A stretch of DNA of 64,000 nucleotides from Haplodiscus bocki (lineage: Eukaryota). Shown in pieces: positions 1 to 10,556 of the stretch. The stretch's first letter is position 1, and each line of letters starts with the position of its first letter. The stretch lies in NCBI GenBank assembly GCA_965655095.1, contig OZ296651.1:99014001-99078000 (forward strand), read 5' to 3'. A program made the position numbers and the translations under genes. Below the pieces are notes generated by a model that saw only the letters and a list, made by a program, of their open reading frames with translations, did not search any database and had not been told where the DNA came from.

Positions 1-1389
1 AACTAATTATATAGAAAGTAATATAGAAGAAGACATTGACTTAAAAAATCAATATAGAATTAAAAATTTACCTTATCCAACTGAGATACAAGATGCTTGT
101 AGAAAAATTATGTTGATAATAAATTCAACGATCCTAGTATAGTGAAAAACAATGCTCATATAGACCTGAATGATAAAAATATTACCAATTGCAGATTTTT
201 GTCAGTCAATCAATTACCTCAAATAGATTCTCATTTAACAGCGAAATTATATGTTGATAAAGCTATATCTGACAGTATAGATGAATCATCATTATTAAGA
301 TTAGATACTGATGAAAAATGGGCACAAGATACTATCGTTCTAAATTCTACTTTGACATCACCGAAGACAATAATTGAATTGCCCACAAAAAATTATGTTG
401 ATAATAAATTTAATGATTCTAGTATAATAAAAAACGCAGATAATGTCGACTTCAATGATAAAGATATTGATAATGTTGGATGGATTAAAGTTAACAAATG
501 GCCGAGAGATGGAGAACATCTAACATCGAAACTTTATGCTGATAATGCTATACACGAATCATCCTTGTTAAGATTACACCGTGATGAAAAACTAAAACTA
601 GATGAACAAGATTCTATACTTCTAGATTCTATTTTAATACCACCGAACACGATAATAGAATTACCTACTAAATCATATGTTGATAGCTTACATGGAGAAA
701 ATGAACGATCACGTCGTGATTTAGGATCAGATTTTTATGATGAATCAAGTACTTTAGTTAGATTTAATCAGACTCTACAAAATTATTTAAAAGTTTCAGT
801 TGGTAATGATACATATAATCTTACAAAATATAATAAAATATCAATTACTGACATAACTGAAATAAAATTTCCAAATAGTGGGGATGCTTTATTACAAAAA
901 TGGAAAATTTATTGTAATAATAAAAATAATCAATCTAGGATAAATGACTTTATAAAATCAACAAAAACAAGCAGCCCAACTGGTTTTTAGTGAGCAACAA
1001 GTCTTCCTCCAATTGGCTCTGCGTTTATGTATATAGAGACAAGTTCTAACAATCATGGATCAAATGTATTCGTTAGCTGGGAGAGAACTGATATTATACA
1101 AATTTATAATATAACTTTCTATTATAATAGATTTTCAATTTTAACTAATGATAATTTAAAAAATATGGGTCGTTTTAGAATTCAGTTATTATTAGACGAT
1201 AATACATGGAGTACTCAAAATACTATCGATAAAAATACTCAATATAGTGATTCAGAAAGTGAATGGAAATTATTAAATTTAGATTTTACTGTAGAAAATT
1301 ATGGTATTAAATTAATTCTTGATAAAATCGAAACGGCCCATTCCGATATGAGTTTTTCAAACATTACAATCACACATTCTGTATATTAA
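1..1389 (+). pseudogene. Fibre/spike-like repeat protein with C-terminal MAM-like domain (5' end outside window; frameshift ~105, TAG TGA at 988-993)
   Basis: ORFs 142..990 and 1027..1389 are in frame; repeated (T/S)K(N/L/S)YVD motifs and two ~90-aa tandem repeats; C-terminus GSAFMYIETSSNNHG...FYYNRF...MGRF...W...SDMSFSNI resembles the MAM signature. Confidence 0.6.
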
Positions 1390-1428
1390 ATATTCAAATA
1401 TTTGTTTTTGCAAATATTCATATCTTAA

Positions 1429-1671
1429 ATGAATTATGAAAATTGTTTTAAAGATATATTCGAATCTATTCTTGACTATAAAAAAATAGTATTATTAATA
1501 TTTTTAATTCAAAATGATAAAAATTTATTAAAAGAAATAGGATTTAGTAAAAATGATATTAATCGACTATCTATAGAGTTTAAAAATGTATTATTAGAAG
1601 AATTTGAAGATTATCTATCTTATATAAAAAACGAAGAAGAAAGTATTCTTAAAAAGATTTTAAATAAATAA
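1429..1671 (+). CDS. Small hypothetical protein of element A
   Basis: 80-aa ORF starting at TAAATG; its stop overlaps the next TAAATG. Confidence 0.7.
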   Translation: MNYENCFKDIFESILDYKKIVLLIFLIQNDKNLLKEIGFSKNDINRLSIEFKNVLLEEFEDYLSYIKNEEESILKKILNK

Positions 1672-1893
1672 ATGGAAGCTTATTTCAATACTATATTTGA
1701 AGATGTTAGACATGAACGAAGCCTTATTCTGTTGTTGAGCTTGGTAGAGCCTAGTATATTAAAACAAAGCAAATTTACTGATCATGAAATTGAAATAATA
1801 AAAAACCTCGGTCTAGAAAAATTACATCGTCAGAGAATTTTAAAAGAGCATATTGCAATGGATTTGTTAGAAAAACAATTTTCAGATCAATAA
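1672..1893 (+). CDS. Small hypothetical protein, possibly a paralog of the preceding ORF
   Basis: TAAATG start; F..IFE.....(K/S)...LL.L....LK...F...(D/E)I pattern shared with 1429..1671. Confidence 0.65.
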   Translation: MEAYFNTIFEDVRHERSLILLLSLVEPSILKQSKFTDHEIEIIKNLGLEKLHRQRILKEHIAMDLLEKQFSDQ

Positions 1894-1929
1894 ATCAATA
1901 TTCGTATATTAATATTTTTCTTTTAATAA

Positions 1930-2547
1930 ATGAGTGGATATCCTAATTTGAAAACCGATGATGTTGAATTATTAAAAATTAAAACGAAGGATGATCAATT
2001 AAAAGAACTTCAATATAAAACAGAAAAGCATGATCATGAAAAAATATTAAAATCTCTCAAAAATGATAATGAATCGATAAAAAAGAAATATAAATCATTA
2101 AATAAAAAGAAAATATTATTAATTATCACTGAAATTTTAGTCGGATCCGGATCGGCAATAGGCACTTCAACGATGGGTTTGATAAATCCAAGTGTTGGCA
2201 TTGTTATTTCAAGCAGCACAGCTCTATTAACATCCATCGCTGTCTTAATCGCAAATGAATATATATCAAAATTAAAAATACGATATACAAAATTAAGAGA
2301 TTGGATTAATGTTATTACTTTACTATATGAGAAGACCTTAAAGGAATCTATGATTGATAAAAAAATCGATGAGAAGGAAGCTAATCAATTGAAACAGATT
2401 TATAATCATTATGTTGATAAAAAATCCGAAATAATGAAAAATACTCAATTCAAAGTTGAAGATATTTTCGGTAATGTTATAAGTAAAGATTCTATTTCAC
2501 CAGAAGAAATAACTAAATTAAATAATTTTTTAGCCAAAATAATTTAA
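1930..2547 (+). CDS. Coiled-coil protein with hydrophobic hairpin (putative membrane-active/egress protein)
   Basis: Intact 205-aa ORF; Lys-rich coil, then ILLIITEILVGSGSAIGTSTMGLINPSVGIVISSSTALLTSIAVLIA; N-terminal YPNL. Confidence 0.75.
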   Translation: MSGYPNLKTDDVELLKIKTKDDQLKELQYKTEKHDHEKILKSLKNDNESIKKKYKSLNKKKILLIITEILVGSGSAIGTSTMGLINPSVGIVISSSTALLTSIAVLIANEYISKLKIRYTKLRDWINVITLLYEKTLKESMIDKKIDEKEANQLKQIYNHYVDKKSEIMKNTQFKVEDIFGNVISKDSISPEEITKLNNFLAKII

Positions 2548-2652
2548 GTGTAAATATAAATATTAAAATTAATTTGTTTAAACCTAGAAAGAAAACAAAT
2601 ATTGATATTGAACCAAGTGCCCCTCCTTATTATGAATAATTTAAGTATATAA

Positions 2653-2811
2653 ATGACAAAGACTTGGTGTGTTGGAGGTCGTCATTACAGTGATACTATA
2701 AATCAGAATATATATGAGAAAAGAAATCCTAAAACTAAAAAACTAGTTAAAGTTATCAAAGGAAAGTGCGCTATTTGCGGTCGTAATAAATCACAAATTT
2801 TTTCTAAATAA
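2653..2811 (+). CDS. Small basic Zn-ribbon-like protein (DUF5679-like), below the ORF-track cutoff
   Basis: Own translation MTKTWCVGGRHYSDTINQNIYEKRNPKTKKLVKVIKGKCAICGRNKSQIFSK*; TAAATG start. Confidence 0.7.
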   Translation: MTKTWCVGGRHYSDTINQNIYEKRNPKTKKLVKVIKGKCAICGRNKSQIFSK

Positions 2812-3240
2812 ATGACACGATGAGAAGATTTTATTAAAAAAGGAAAATGTGGTAAAAATCACTGTTCATCTATGTCAAATTCAGCATGGACGGACTTAAA
2901 CAGTAAGGGTAATATTTTAAAGCTACATGATAAATGTCCGAACTCTAAATGTGGCTGTCAGAAAATCATCATGTTTACGCCTCATCAATATATGCTTGAG
3001 GGCGGATCGATTAAAAGTAAACTAGGAGAAATATTTAGGGGTACACAAACAGCTTGGAATAAATTCCTCAAACCTGCTATTAATGCAACAGCACCGTTTA
3101 TTGGAATGGCTGTTAGTGCTAAGACAAAGAATCCTAAGGTCGGTCAAGCTACTACTAATATTCTGAAGAGTATATCCGGTGGTAAAATTTTATCACTGAC
3201 AGATATGCACGGTAGAGGATTAAGATTGAAAGTTATGTAA
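2812..3240 (+). pseudogene. Basic core/pVI-like precursor protein with adenain-type cleavage sites (in-frame TGA at 2821-2823)
   Basis: ATG at 2812 (TAAATG) is in frame with ORF 2872..3240; LEGG/S, ISGG/K and MHGR/G fit the (M/I/L)xGG/x and (M/I/L)xGx/G consensus. Confidence 0.6.
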
Positions 3241-3268
3241 TTCATTTCAAATATAGTTAGCTAAGTAA

Positions 3269-3874
3269 ATGAGCAATTGTATTAAAGATTTATACGATTA
3301 TGATTTAATTAAAAAATGTTGTAGATGCAAAAATATTTTGTTAAAATCTAATTTCAATAGAAATAAAACAAAAAGAGATAGAGTACAGAATATTTGTATA
3401 ATTTGTTTTAAAGATTATCATAATAATCGAAAAGAGCGTAGAAGCATTCTTGATAAACAGAGGAGAAAAACAGATTTCAATTTCAAATTAATTTCTAATA
3501 TAAGAACTCGAACTTCCAATGCATTCAGATAACAAAATATTAAAAAAAGTAATAAAACAAAAAAATTATTAGGATGTTCTAATTCTTTTTTTAAGAAATG
3601 GATTTTTTATCAACTTTATGGTGAAATGATGATAGAAAATTACGGAAAGGTTTGGTGTTTAGACCACTGTTTACCATTATCGAAGATTAACTTATCTAAT
3701 GAAAATGAATTGTATAAATCCACAAATTGGGTTAATTTAAGACCTATGTATATGAAAGATAATCTTTTTAAGGGTGATAAAATTGATATGAGATTGTATC
3801 TTTTACAAGAAATGAGAGGAAATTATTTCATGAAATTAAATGGGAAAGTACCTAACGAAGACATTCATCAATGA
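3269..3874 (+). pseudogene. HNH-type endonuclease (large-DNA-virus style) with premature TAA at 3530-3532
   Basis: ORFs 3269..3532 and 3626..3874 are in frame; CxxC...CxxC, then LLGCS...NYGKVWCLDHCLP...NWVNLRPM...DNLFKG. Confidence 0.75.
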
Positions 3875-4693
3875 AATTTATAGCAAACCCCCTTTGAGAA
3901 ATTATCCAACAAATAAGATAATGATTAAGTCTATTGATGGTACTTGGTCCTCAGATTTATTAGATATGAATGATTATGGTCCTAAAAACAATAGAGGTTA
4001 TAGGTATATATTAGTTGTTATTGACAATTTTAGTAAATTCGGTGGAATATACCCTTGAAGAACAAATATGCTCAATCAATTACAGACACATTTTGAGAAA
4101 TTATCAAATCATCAAATCGTAAACCAAATCTCCTCGAAACAGATGATGGTAAGGAATATGTTAACAAAAATTTCAACGAATTCTTAAACAATAATAAGAT
4201 TAAAAGATATTCTCGCTATACTGATAAAGGAGCTGTTTTTGCAGAACGATTTAATAAAACTATACGTAATCTATTAAAAAAGCCAGTATTCGAGAAAGGA
4301 AGAGCTGATTGGATAAGTGAACTTCCATCTGTTATCAAAAAATATAACAATACAATTCACAATAGTATTAAAATGACTCCAGTTCAAGCTAGTAAAAAAT
4401 CAAATGAAAAATTAGTCTTTTCCAATCTTCAAGATCGAAGAGTTAGACAGAAACCAAAATTTAAACTCGGAGATTTATTTCGGACAGCTGATATTAAACG
4501 AGTCTTCAGCAAGGGTTATAGTACAAACTGGTCTTATAAATTGTATACAATTACCGAAGTCATACATGATACTATTCCTAGCTATCGAATTGACTATCTA
4601 CCAGAACGATATAATGGAAACCTATTATTACCTACAAAACTATCTCTTGAAGAAAACAATCAAGTTATGAAAGAACTGAATTTATTTCAATAA
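3840..4693 (+). pseudogene. Retroviral-like (rve) DDE integrase; 1-nt deletion ~4044 and TGA at 4094-4096
   Basis: WSSDLLD...YILVVIDNFSKF; after the shift ETDDGKEY, FAERFNKTI, YNNTIHNSIKMTP and FSKGYSTNWS. Confidence 0.93.
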
Positions 4694-4708
4694 TATAAAA
4701 CTTAATAA

Positions 4709-5233
4709 ATGGAAATGACTGAAGACCAAATAATTGAAAAATATGCTAAAAATTGTGGGCATTGTAGACGAAACACTTTACTTCCATAAGAATATGAATT
4801 TACTTGTATTGTTTGCGGATATAATGTGAATAAACGCAAACATGAATTATCATAAATACAACGTAAGAAAATAAATTTCATAAACCGATTAAAATACGCT
4901 GCAATCAAAATATTTTCCATATGCGTACATTTATATAAAATTTATGAAGGTGATGATTATGATGAAATATACAAAGTTTTATCAACATTAAAAAATAAAA
5001 AATTAAAAATAAATAATATCCTAATTGAGATTTATAAAAATATGTTAGAAAATACTGATTTTGAACAGAATCATTGGTCAAGAACAGCTCAAGGAGTATA
5101 TAAAATTGGTGATGATAGTATTCGATTAATGAAATGGATTTGTTATTATGATAGATCTTATTATGAAAATATTAATTATTATGATCTGATGGGTTCGCTT
5201 TGTAATCATTTAAATGAAATATCTAAACGGTGA
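4709..5233 (+). pseudogene. Zn-ribbon protein with two premature TAA codons
   Basis: TAAATG at 4706; MEMTEDQIIEKYAKNCGHC...CIVCG is in frame with ORF 5042..5233. Confidence 0.6.
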
Positions 5234-6057
5234 ATATTACGTTGAATTAAAGGATCATCGATATAAAATTCACCCAACAGAAAATATAATATTACGCAGA
5301 AGAGATTCTCCATCTTCTTTGAGAACACAATATCAAGTGCAAAATGAGACTCGGATTAGAAGAAACCAGAAAGTAATCAAAAATGATGATCATCAACTAT
5401 TAGTTAAAAACTATCCTAAAAATAAACAACCGATTATTCAACAACAAAAATTTAATTTACCAAATTGTCCTTCTTGCAAACAAAATACATGGCTAGAATT
5501 CGATAAAGGTTATTATTGCACAAATTGTGAATATATAATCAACAAGCAGAAACATCAGATAGATAAAAAAAGCTCTCAGACAAGATCATGATTTTTCAAC
5601 TAGATTAAATTATGCTAATAAAAAGATTAGAGAAATCTGGATGAATATGGTTAACACTACTTATAGTTCATCAGAAGATATGATTAGTAAAATACAAAGT
5701 TTAAAAGGAAAAACAAAATTAAAATTTTATAAAAATATAAGTAACTATTATATTGAAATGAAAAATAGGAATTTTCAAACTAATAATCAAGATCCTTTTG
5801 CTAAAAATGCTCAAGGTATAAATAGAATTTATCATGAAGTATTATTGTTAATGAAATTTCTACAGACTAAGCCTCAAGTTAAGAATATGAATATTAATTA
5901 TTATGATTTATATACCACTGTTATTAAAGTTAGAGATGAAAATAGGGATATAGATATTCAAAATGAAAATGATGAAAATGATTATATTGATATAACTGAT
6001 TTTATTACTCCTAATCATTATGTTGGAATTAAACCTCGTGAGACAATATTAAAATAA
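5214..6057 (+). pseudogene. Zn-ribbon plus helical protein, possibly VLTF3/TFIIB-like; frameshift in A-run ~5564-5570
   Basis: CPSC-x12-CTNC; reading continues RQDHDFSTRLNYANKKIREIW into ORF 5641..6057; VLTF3 resemblance is only suggestive. Confidence 0.55.
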
Positions 6058-6085
6058 ATCATTTGAAGTATATATTACTATATAA

Positions 6086-6340
6086 ATGAATAATAGACGC
6101 TATTGTGAAGATTGTGAAATTGATATTCATAGAGCATCTTATTCAAAACATTTGAGAAGTGAAAAACATATAAAAAATGAAGAAAAAAATCTAACGAGAA
6201 GAATGAGAATGATATTTGAAACGATGTTTGGACCTAATGATATTGTACTAAAAACATCAAGTGGAAATGAAATCAGTTTAGATAAGGATCGTGTTAATCA
6301 GTTATATTCTAAATATAAATGCAAAAATAATTGTATGTAG
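6086..6340 (+). CDS. C2H2 zinc-finger protein, paralogous to the PolB N-terminus
   Basis: CEDCEIDIHRASYSKHLRSEKH versus PolB CYICDVDVHRASYIKHLRSKKH. Confidence 0.75.
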   Translation: MNNRRYCEDCEIDIHRASYSKHLRSEKHIKNEEKNLTRRMRMIFETMFGPNDIVLKTSSGNEISLDKDRVNQLYSKYKCKNNCM

Positions 6341-6390
6341 AGAAATTTGAGATCTCATATAAATCATTTCAAGTAATTGTTACTATATAA

Positions 6391-9300
6391 ATGGAGACGC
6401 AAAGACGCAGATGTTATATATGTGATGTTGATGTTCATAGAGCATCCTATATTAAACATTTGAGAAGTAAAAAACATTTGGAAAATATAAAACAGAATGA
6501 AATGATTATACCTGAGTGGTTATTCCAAGAACCTGTTGAAAATAAAATTAAAAAAATATATAATCCTAGATCATTAAAACAAATAGCACGAGATAATATT
6601 AGATTAGATGATAATCAATTAAATAAAAAATTAGCTAAGAAGATGATTAATCCATATTTCTTCACTGATAGAGCATTACAAATTGGATTCAAAATTAATC
6701 TGGATAGTCATAATCTTCATCATGCTAATTCTAAATTAACTATTATACCTAATTATCCTGAGTTCGGTATTGAAGTTCGATATATTAATAAAATCTTGAA
6801 AGAATTAGCAGTTATTTATGCTAGATTAATAAATCAATATAAATTCAAATATCAAACAGTATTTTCAGCAAGATTCGATAAACAAAATGAAGATAATAAA
6901 GTATTAGATGAAACAGAATTTTTCATTAATTTGAATATGAAATATAATATAACACAAAGCGATAATGATAACTTTGACATTAGGTCTCCATTAGAACATC
7001 AAATTCAAAAACAAGAAATGAAAGATTCTGGTTGGAGATTTGATAAAATTAATTCTATGACAGTATATTTTTATGAAACTACTGAGATGAATGGTTTATA
7101 TTATGTCAGAATTCCTTTGAGAACTAACGCTATCTTGAATTTTGAAAATAACGATAAATATTGTTTCGTATGGTCTATATTAGCTTGGTTACATCCTTGT
7201 AATAATAATCATCCTAACAGAGTTTCAAATTACAGACAATATTTTAATGAATTGAATATTCAAGGTTTCGATTTTACTATTGGATTTAAATGCAGCGACG
7301 TCCACAAATTTAATGAATTAAACAATATATCTGTTAATATATTTGAATTAAATTTTTATCAAGATCAAAATCAATGGAAACATAAATTAATACCTATTGA
7401 GATTAGTAAAAATAACTCAGATAGGGTTATTGATTTAGCAATTTACAAAAATCATTATGTACTCATTAAAAAATTAGATGTATTTTTAGGAGATCATAAT
7501 AAAAAATATATTTGTAGACGATGCTTGAGTTCATATACAAGTGAAAATATGTTAATGAAACATAAAGAAAAATGTGGAGATGATAATATAACTGTTATCA
7601 AAACTTCAAATAAATCACATCTTCAATGGGAAAAACATTTTCATAAGAATCCATTATATTTTCGAATATATGCAGATTTCGAAGCAGATAATGAAAAGGA
7701 TGATTCTGTTGTAGGTAATAAAACAACTAATATTTATAAACAAAACCCAGTACTTAATGGTTATCACATAGTATCTGAACTAGAAGATGTTTTAAAAAGT
7801 GGTTATTATAAATCTCCTTTAGGTTATAATAATGTAGATTGGTTTGTAGATGAAGTTATAAAATTAGAAAATAAAATGGCTTTCTATTTTAAAAACACTA
7901 AAAAACATATCATTATGACTAAAGAAGATGAAGAAGATTATAGAAAAAATGATATTTGCAGATTTTTGCGAAAAAAATATTGAATATGATAAAGTTAGAG
8001 ATCATTGTCACTTAACAGGTAAATATAGAGGTCCATCTCATAGTAAATGTAATATTAATGTAACACAGAAGCAAAGTAATTTTATACCATTCATATTTCA
8101 TAACTTTTCCAATTATGATAGTCATAAGTTTTTTAAAAAATTGGTTGATAAAAAGAATGATAAAGTAGATTTTGATATTATACCAAAGACAAACGAAGAG
8201 TATATATCTGTTACTTATGGTTGTATACGATTTATAGATAGTTATCGATTTCTATCAAGTGGTTTGGATTCTTTAGTTAAAAATTTGGATGAGGATGATT
8301 TTAAGATCTTGAAAAAAGAATTTCCTGATAAATGGCGGTATTTGAACAAAAAATTAGCTTATCCATATGAATATTTTAATAGTATCGATGATTATAAAAA
8401 GCCAGTTCACAATTTGGAAAGCAAAGATTTCTTTAGTAAATTGAAAAATAAAAGTCCCGATGAAAAAGAAATTGATAGAACAAAAGAAACTATTAAAAAA
8501 TTTAATATTAAAAATGGAAAAGAATTAACTGAATTATACTTAGAAAGTGATGTAATTTTATTGGCAGATGTTTTTGAGAAATTCATTGAAATATCTGTTG
8601 AAGAATATGGAATAAACCCTTTATATTGTGTGAGTCTACCAGGTTATATTTGGCAATGTGGAATGAAATATACTGATATCAAATTACAAACACTTCAAGA
8701 TAAAGATATGATTTTGTTGTTTGAGAATAATGTACGAGGAGGTATAAGCTCAGTAATGGGTGATAGGTATATTAAATCAGATGAAAATAAAAAGATATTG
8801 TATATTGATGCTAATAATTTGTATGGATGGGCTATGAGTGAATATCTACCTTATGATGAAATTAAATTTGATAATAATATTGAATTAGAAGATATATTAA
8901 ATACTCCTGATGATAGTGATATCGGATATTTTATTGAAGTTGATTTAAGATACCCTGATAACATAAAATGGAAAACGAAAAATTTTCCATTAGCTTCTGT
9001 GAATAAAAAAATTAATGCTGATGATTTTAATGATTATATGAAAGAAATCAGACCTGATACTTATGTGCAATCTAGTAAATTGATGTGTGATTGGTCTGAT
9101 AAGAAAAATTATTTGGTACATTATAGGATGTTAAAATTTTATACTAGACATGGTATGATAGTTGATAAAGTTCATAATATAATATCATTCAAACAAAACA
9201 AGTGGCTAGAGAAATATATAAGTTTTAATACTCAGAAAAGAAATCAAGCAGTAAATGAGATTGAAAAAAAACTTCTACAAATTACTGAATAATGCATTCT

Positions 9301-10043
9301 ATGGAAAAACTATGGAAAATGTTCGTAATAGATTAAAAATAAAATTTATCAAAAAAGATGATCATAGAGAAATAATAAAACAACAATCTAAATTAACGTT
9401 CAATGGTGTTCATAAATCATATGAGAATTGTGATAGTTATACATTCAAAAAAAATGAAGTCCTCATGGATAAGCCAATTTATCTAGTATTCACTGTATTA
9501 GAGTTGAGTAAATTACTAAGGTATGAGACTTATTATGATAAATTACAACCATATTTTGGAGAAGAAAATATACAGTTGCATTATATGGATACAGATAGCT
9601 TCGTATTGAGTGTGAATACAAAAGATATTATCAAAGACTTGAGAAACTTAGAATATATATTTGATTTCAGTAACTTAGATAAAACTCATGAACTATATAG
9701 TAATAAAAATAAGAAACTAATCGGTAAATTTAAGATTGAAACACCTAAGAATATCTGGATTGACGAATTTATTTGTCTAAGAAGTAAGATGTACGCATTT
9801 AAATGTGGTGATGATAGTAAAAATAAATTGAAAGGTATATCAAAATCTCAATCGAAAAATATTAAGTTTGAAGAATATAAAAAATGTTTAGATGGAAATG
9901 ATTATCAAAAAGAATGTAATAATTATATCATAAGATCAATTAATCATGAAATGGTTCTTCAAGAAGTAAAAAAATCAACACTATCTATATTCGATGATAA
10001 ACGATGTTATATTAATAATATTGAAAGTATTCCATGGACTTAG
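6391..10043 (+). pseudogene. polB: Protein-primed family B DNA polymerase with Zn finger, OTU-like region and EndoVII/HNH insert; two homopolymer frameshifts (~7965, ~9268)
   Basis: Exo I YADFE; CRFC...VRDHCHLTGKYRG..H..CN; FHNFSNYD; motif A YIDANNLYG; motif B KLLNNAFYGKT; motif C YMDTDS; C-terminal FDDKR. Confidence 0.95.
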
Positions 10044-10052
10044 TGTTATTAA

Positions 10053-10341
10053 ATGGTTGTAAAATAAAAAGAATCCTTTGAAAAGACTAGACAAGTTCAA
10101 AATAACGATAAATCTAAAAAGTTTGTATTACGAGGACAAAGAAATGCAAGATATCATGAAAAAGTATTATCAAGAAAAAAGAAATCTAATAATTTCAATT
10201 TTATTTCTAATTCAACATAATTGTATACTTTCACGAGCAGTAGTGTATAAAAAAGCATATGACATCAGTCGCAAAGGATCTCATCCTCGTCCGACACCAA
10301 CCAATCAACAAAATCACAAAAATACAAATCCTAGGGTGTAA
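10053..10341 (+). pseudogene. Small terminal hypothetical gene, disrupted near its start and running into the terminal repeat
   Basis: TAAATG at 10050-10055 is out of frame with ORF 10078..10341. Confidence 0.4.
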
Positions 10342-10556
10342 ATATTTTTTATCATATTTGTTAAATTATATGAATATTTTTATTTATTTTTATTCTTTTA
10401 TTTGAGTATTTTTATTTATTTTTATTCTTTTAATTATTAGTTATTTTATAAATTTACACCCTAGGATTTGTATTTTTGTGATTTTGGGGAAGGGGTTGGT
10501 GTCGGACGAGGATGCGGCCTGCGCGGCTGGTGTCAAATGCTTTTTTATATACTACT
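10239..10556. repeat. Self-palindromic right terminus of element A (arms 10239-10343 and 10452-10556)
   Basis: agtagtgtataaaaaagcat...atcctcgtccgacaccaacc...caaaatcacaaaaatacaaatcctagggtgtaaat is mirrored by atttacaccctaggatttgtatttttgtgattttg...ggttggtgtcggacgaggat...atgcttttttatatactact; AT-rich spacer with a 26-bp direct repeat. Confidence 0.92.

Larger units (their letters stand above)
1..10556 (+). mobile_element. Polinton/Maverick (adintovirus-like) element A, right-hand part; young, lightly mutated
   Basis: Tightly packed co-directional ORFs including rve integrase and protein-primed PolB; ends in ACTACT (10551-10556), the reverse complement of the AGTAGT Polinton-type terminus; sequence beyond is unrelated and decayed. 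Confidence 0.92.

Noticed and set aside
988-4860. Alternative genetic code explaining in-frame stops
   Set aside because: TAA, TAG and TGA all occur, alongside frameshifts, and true gene ends use the same codons
7960-9275. Programmed frameshifting in element A PolB
   Set aside because: Both shifts are single extra bases in homopolymers within conserved domains; mutation or sequencing error is simpler
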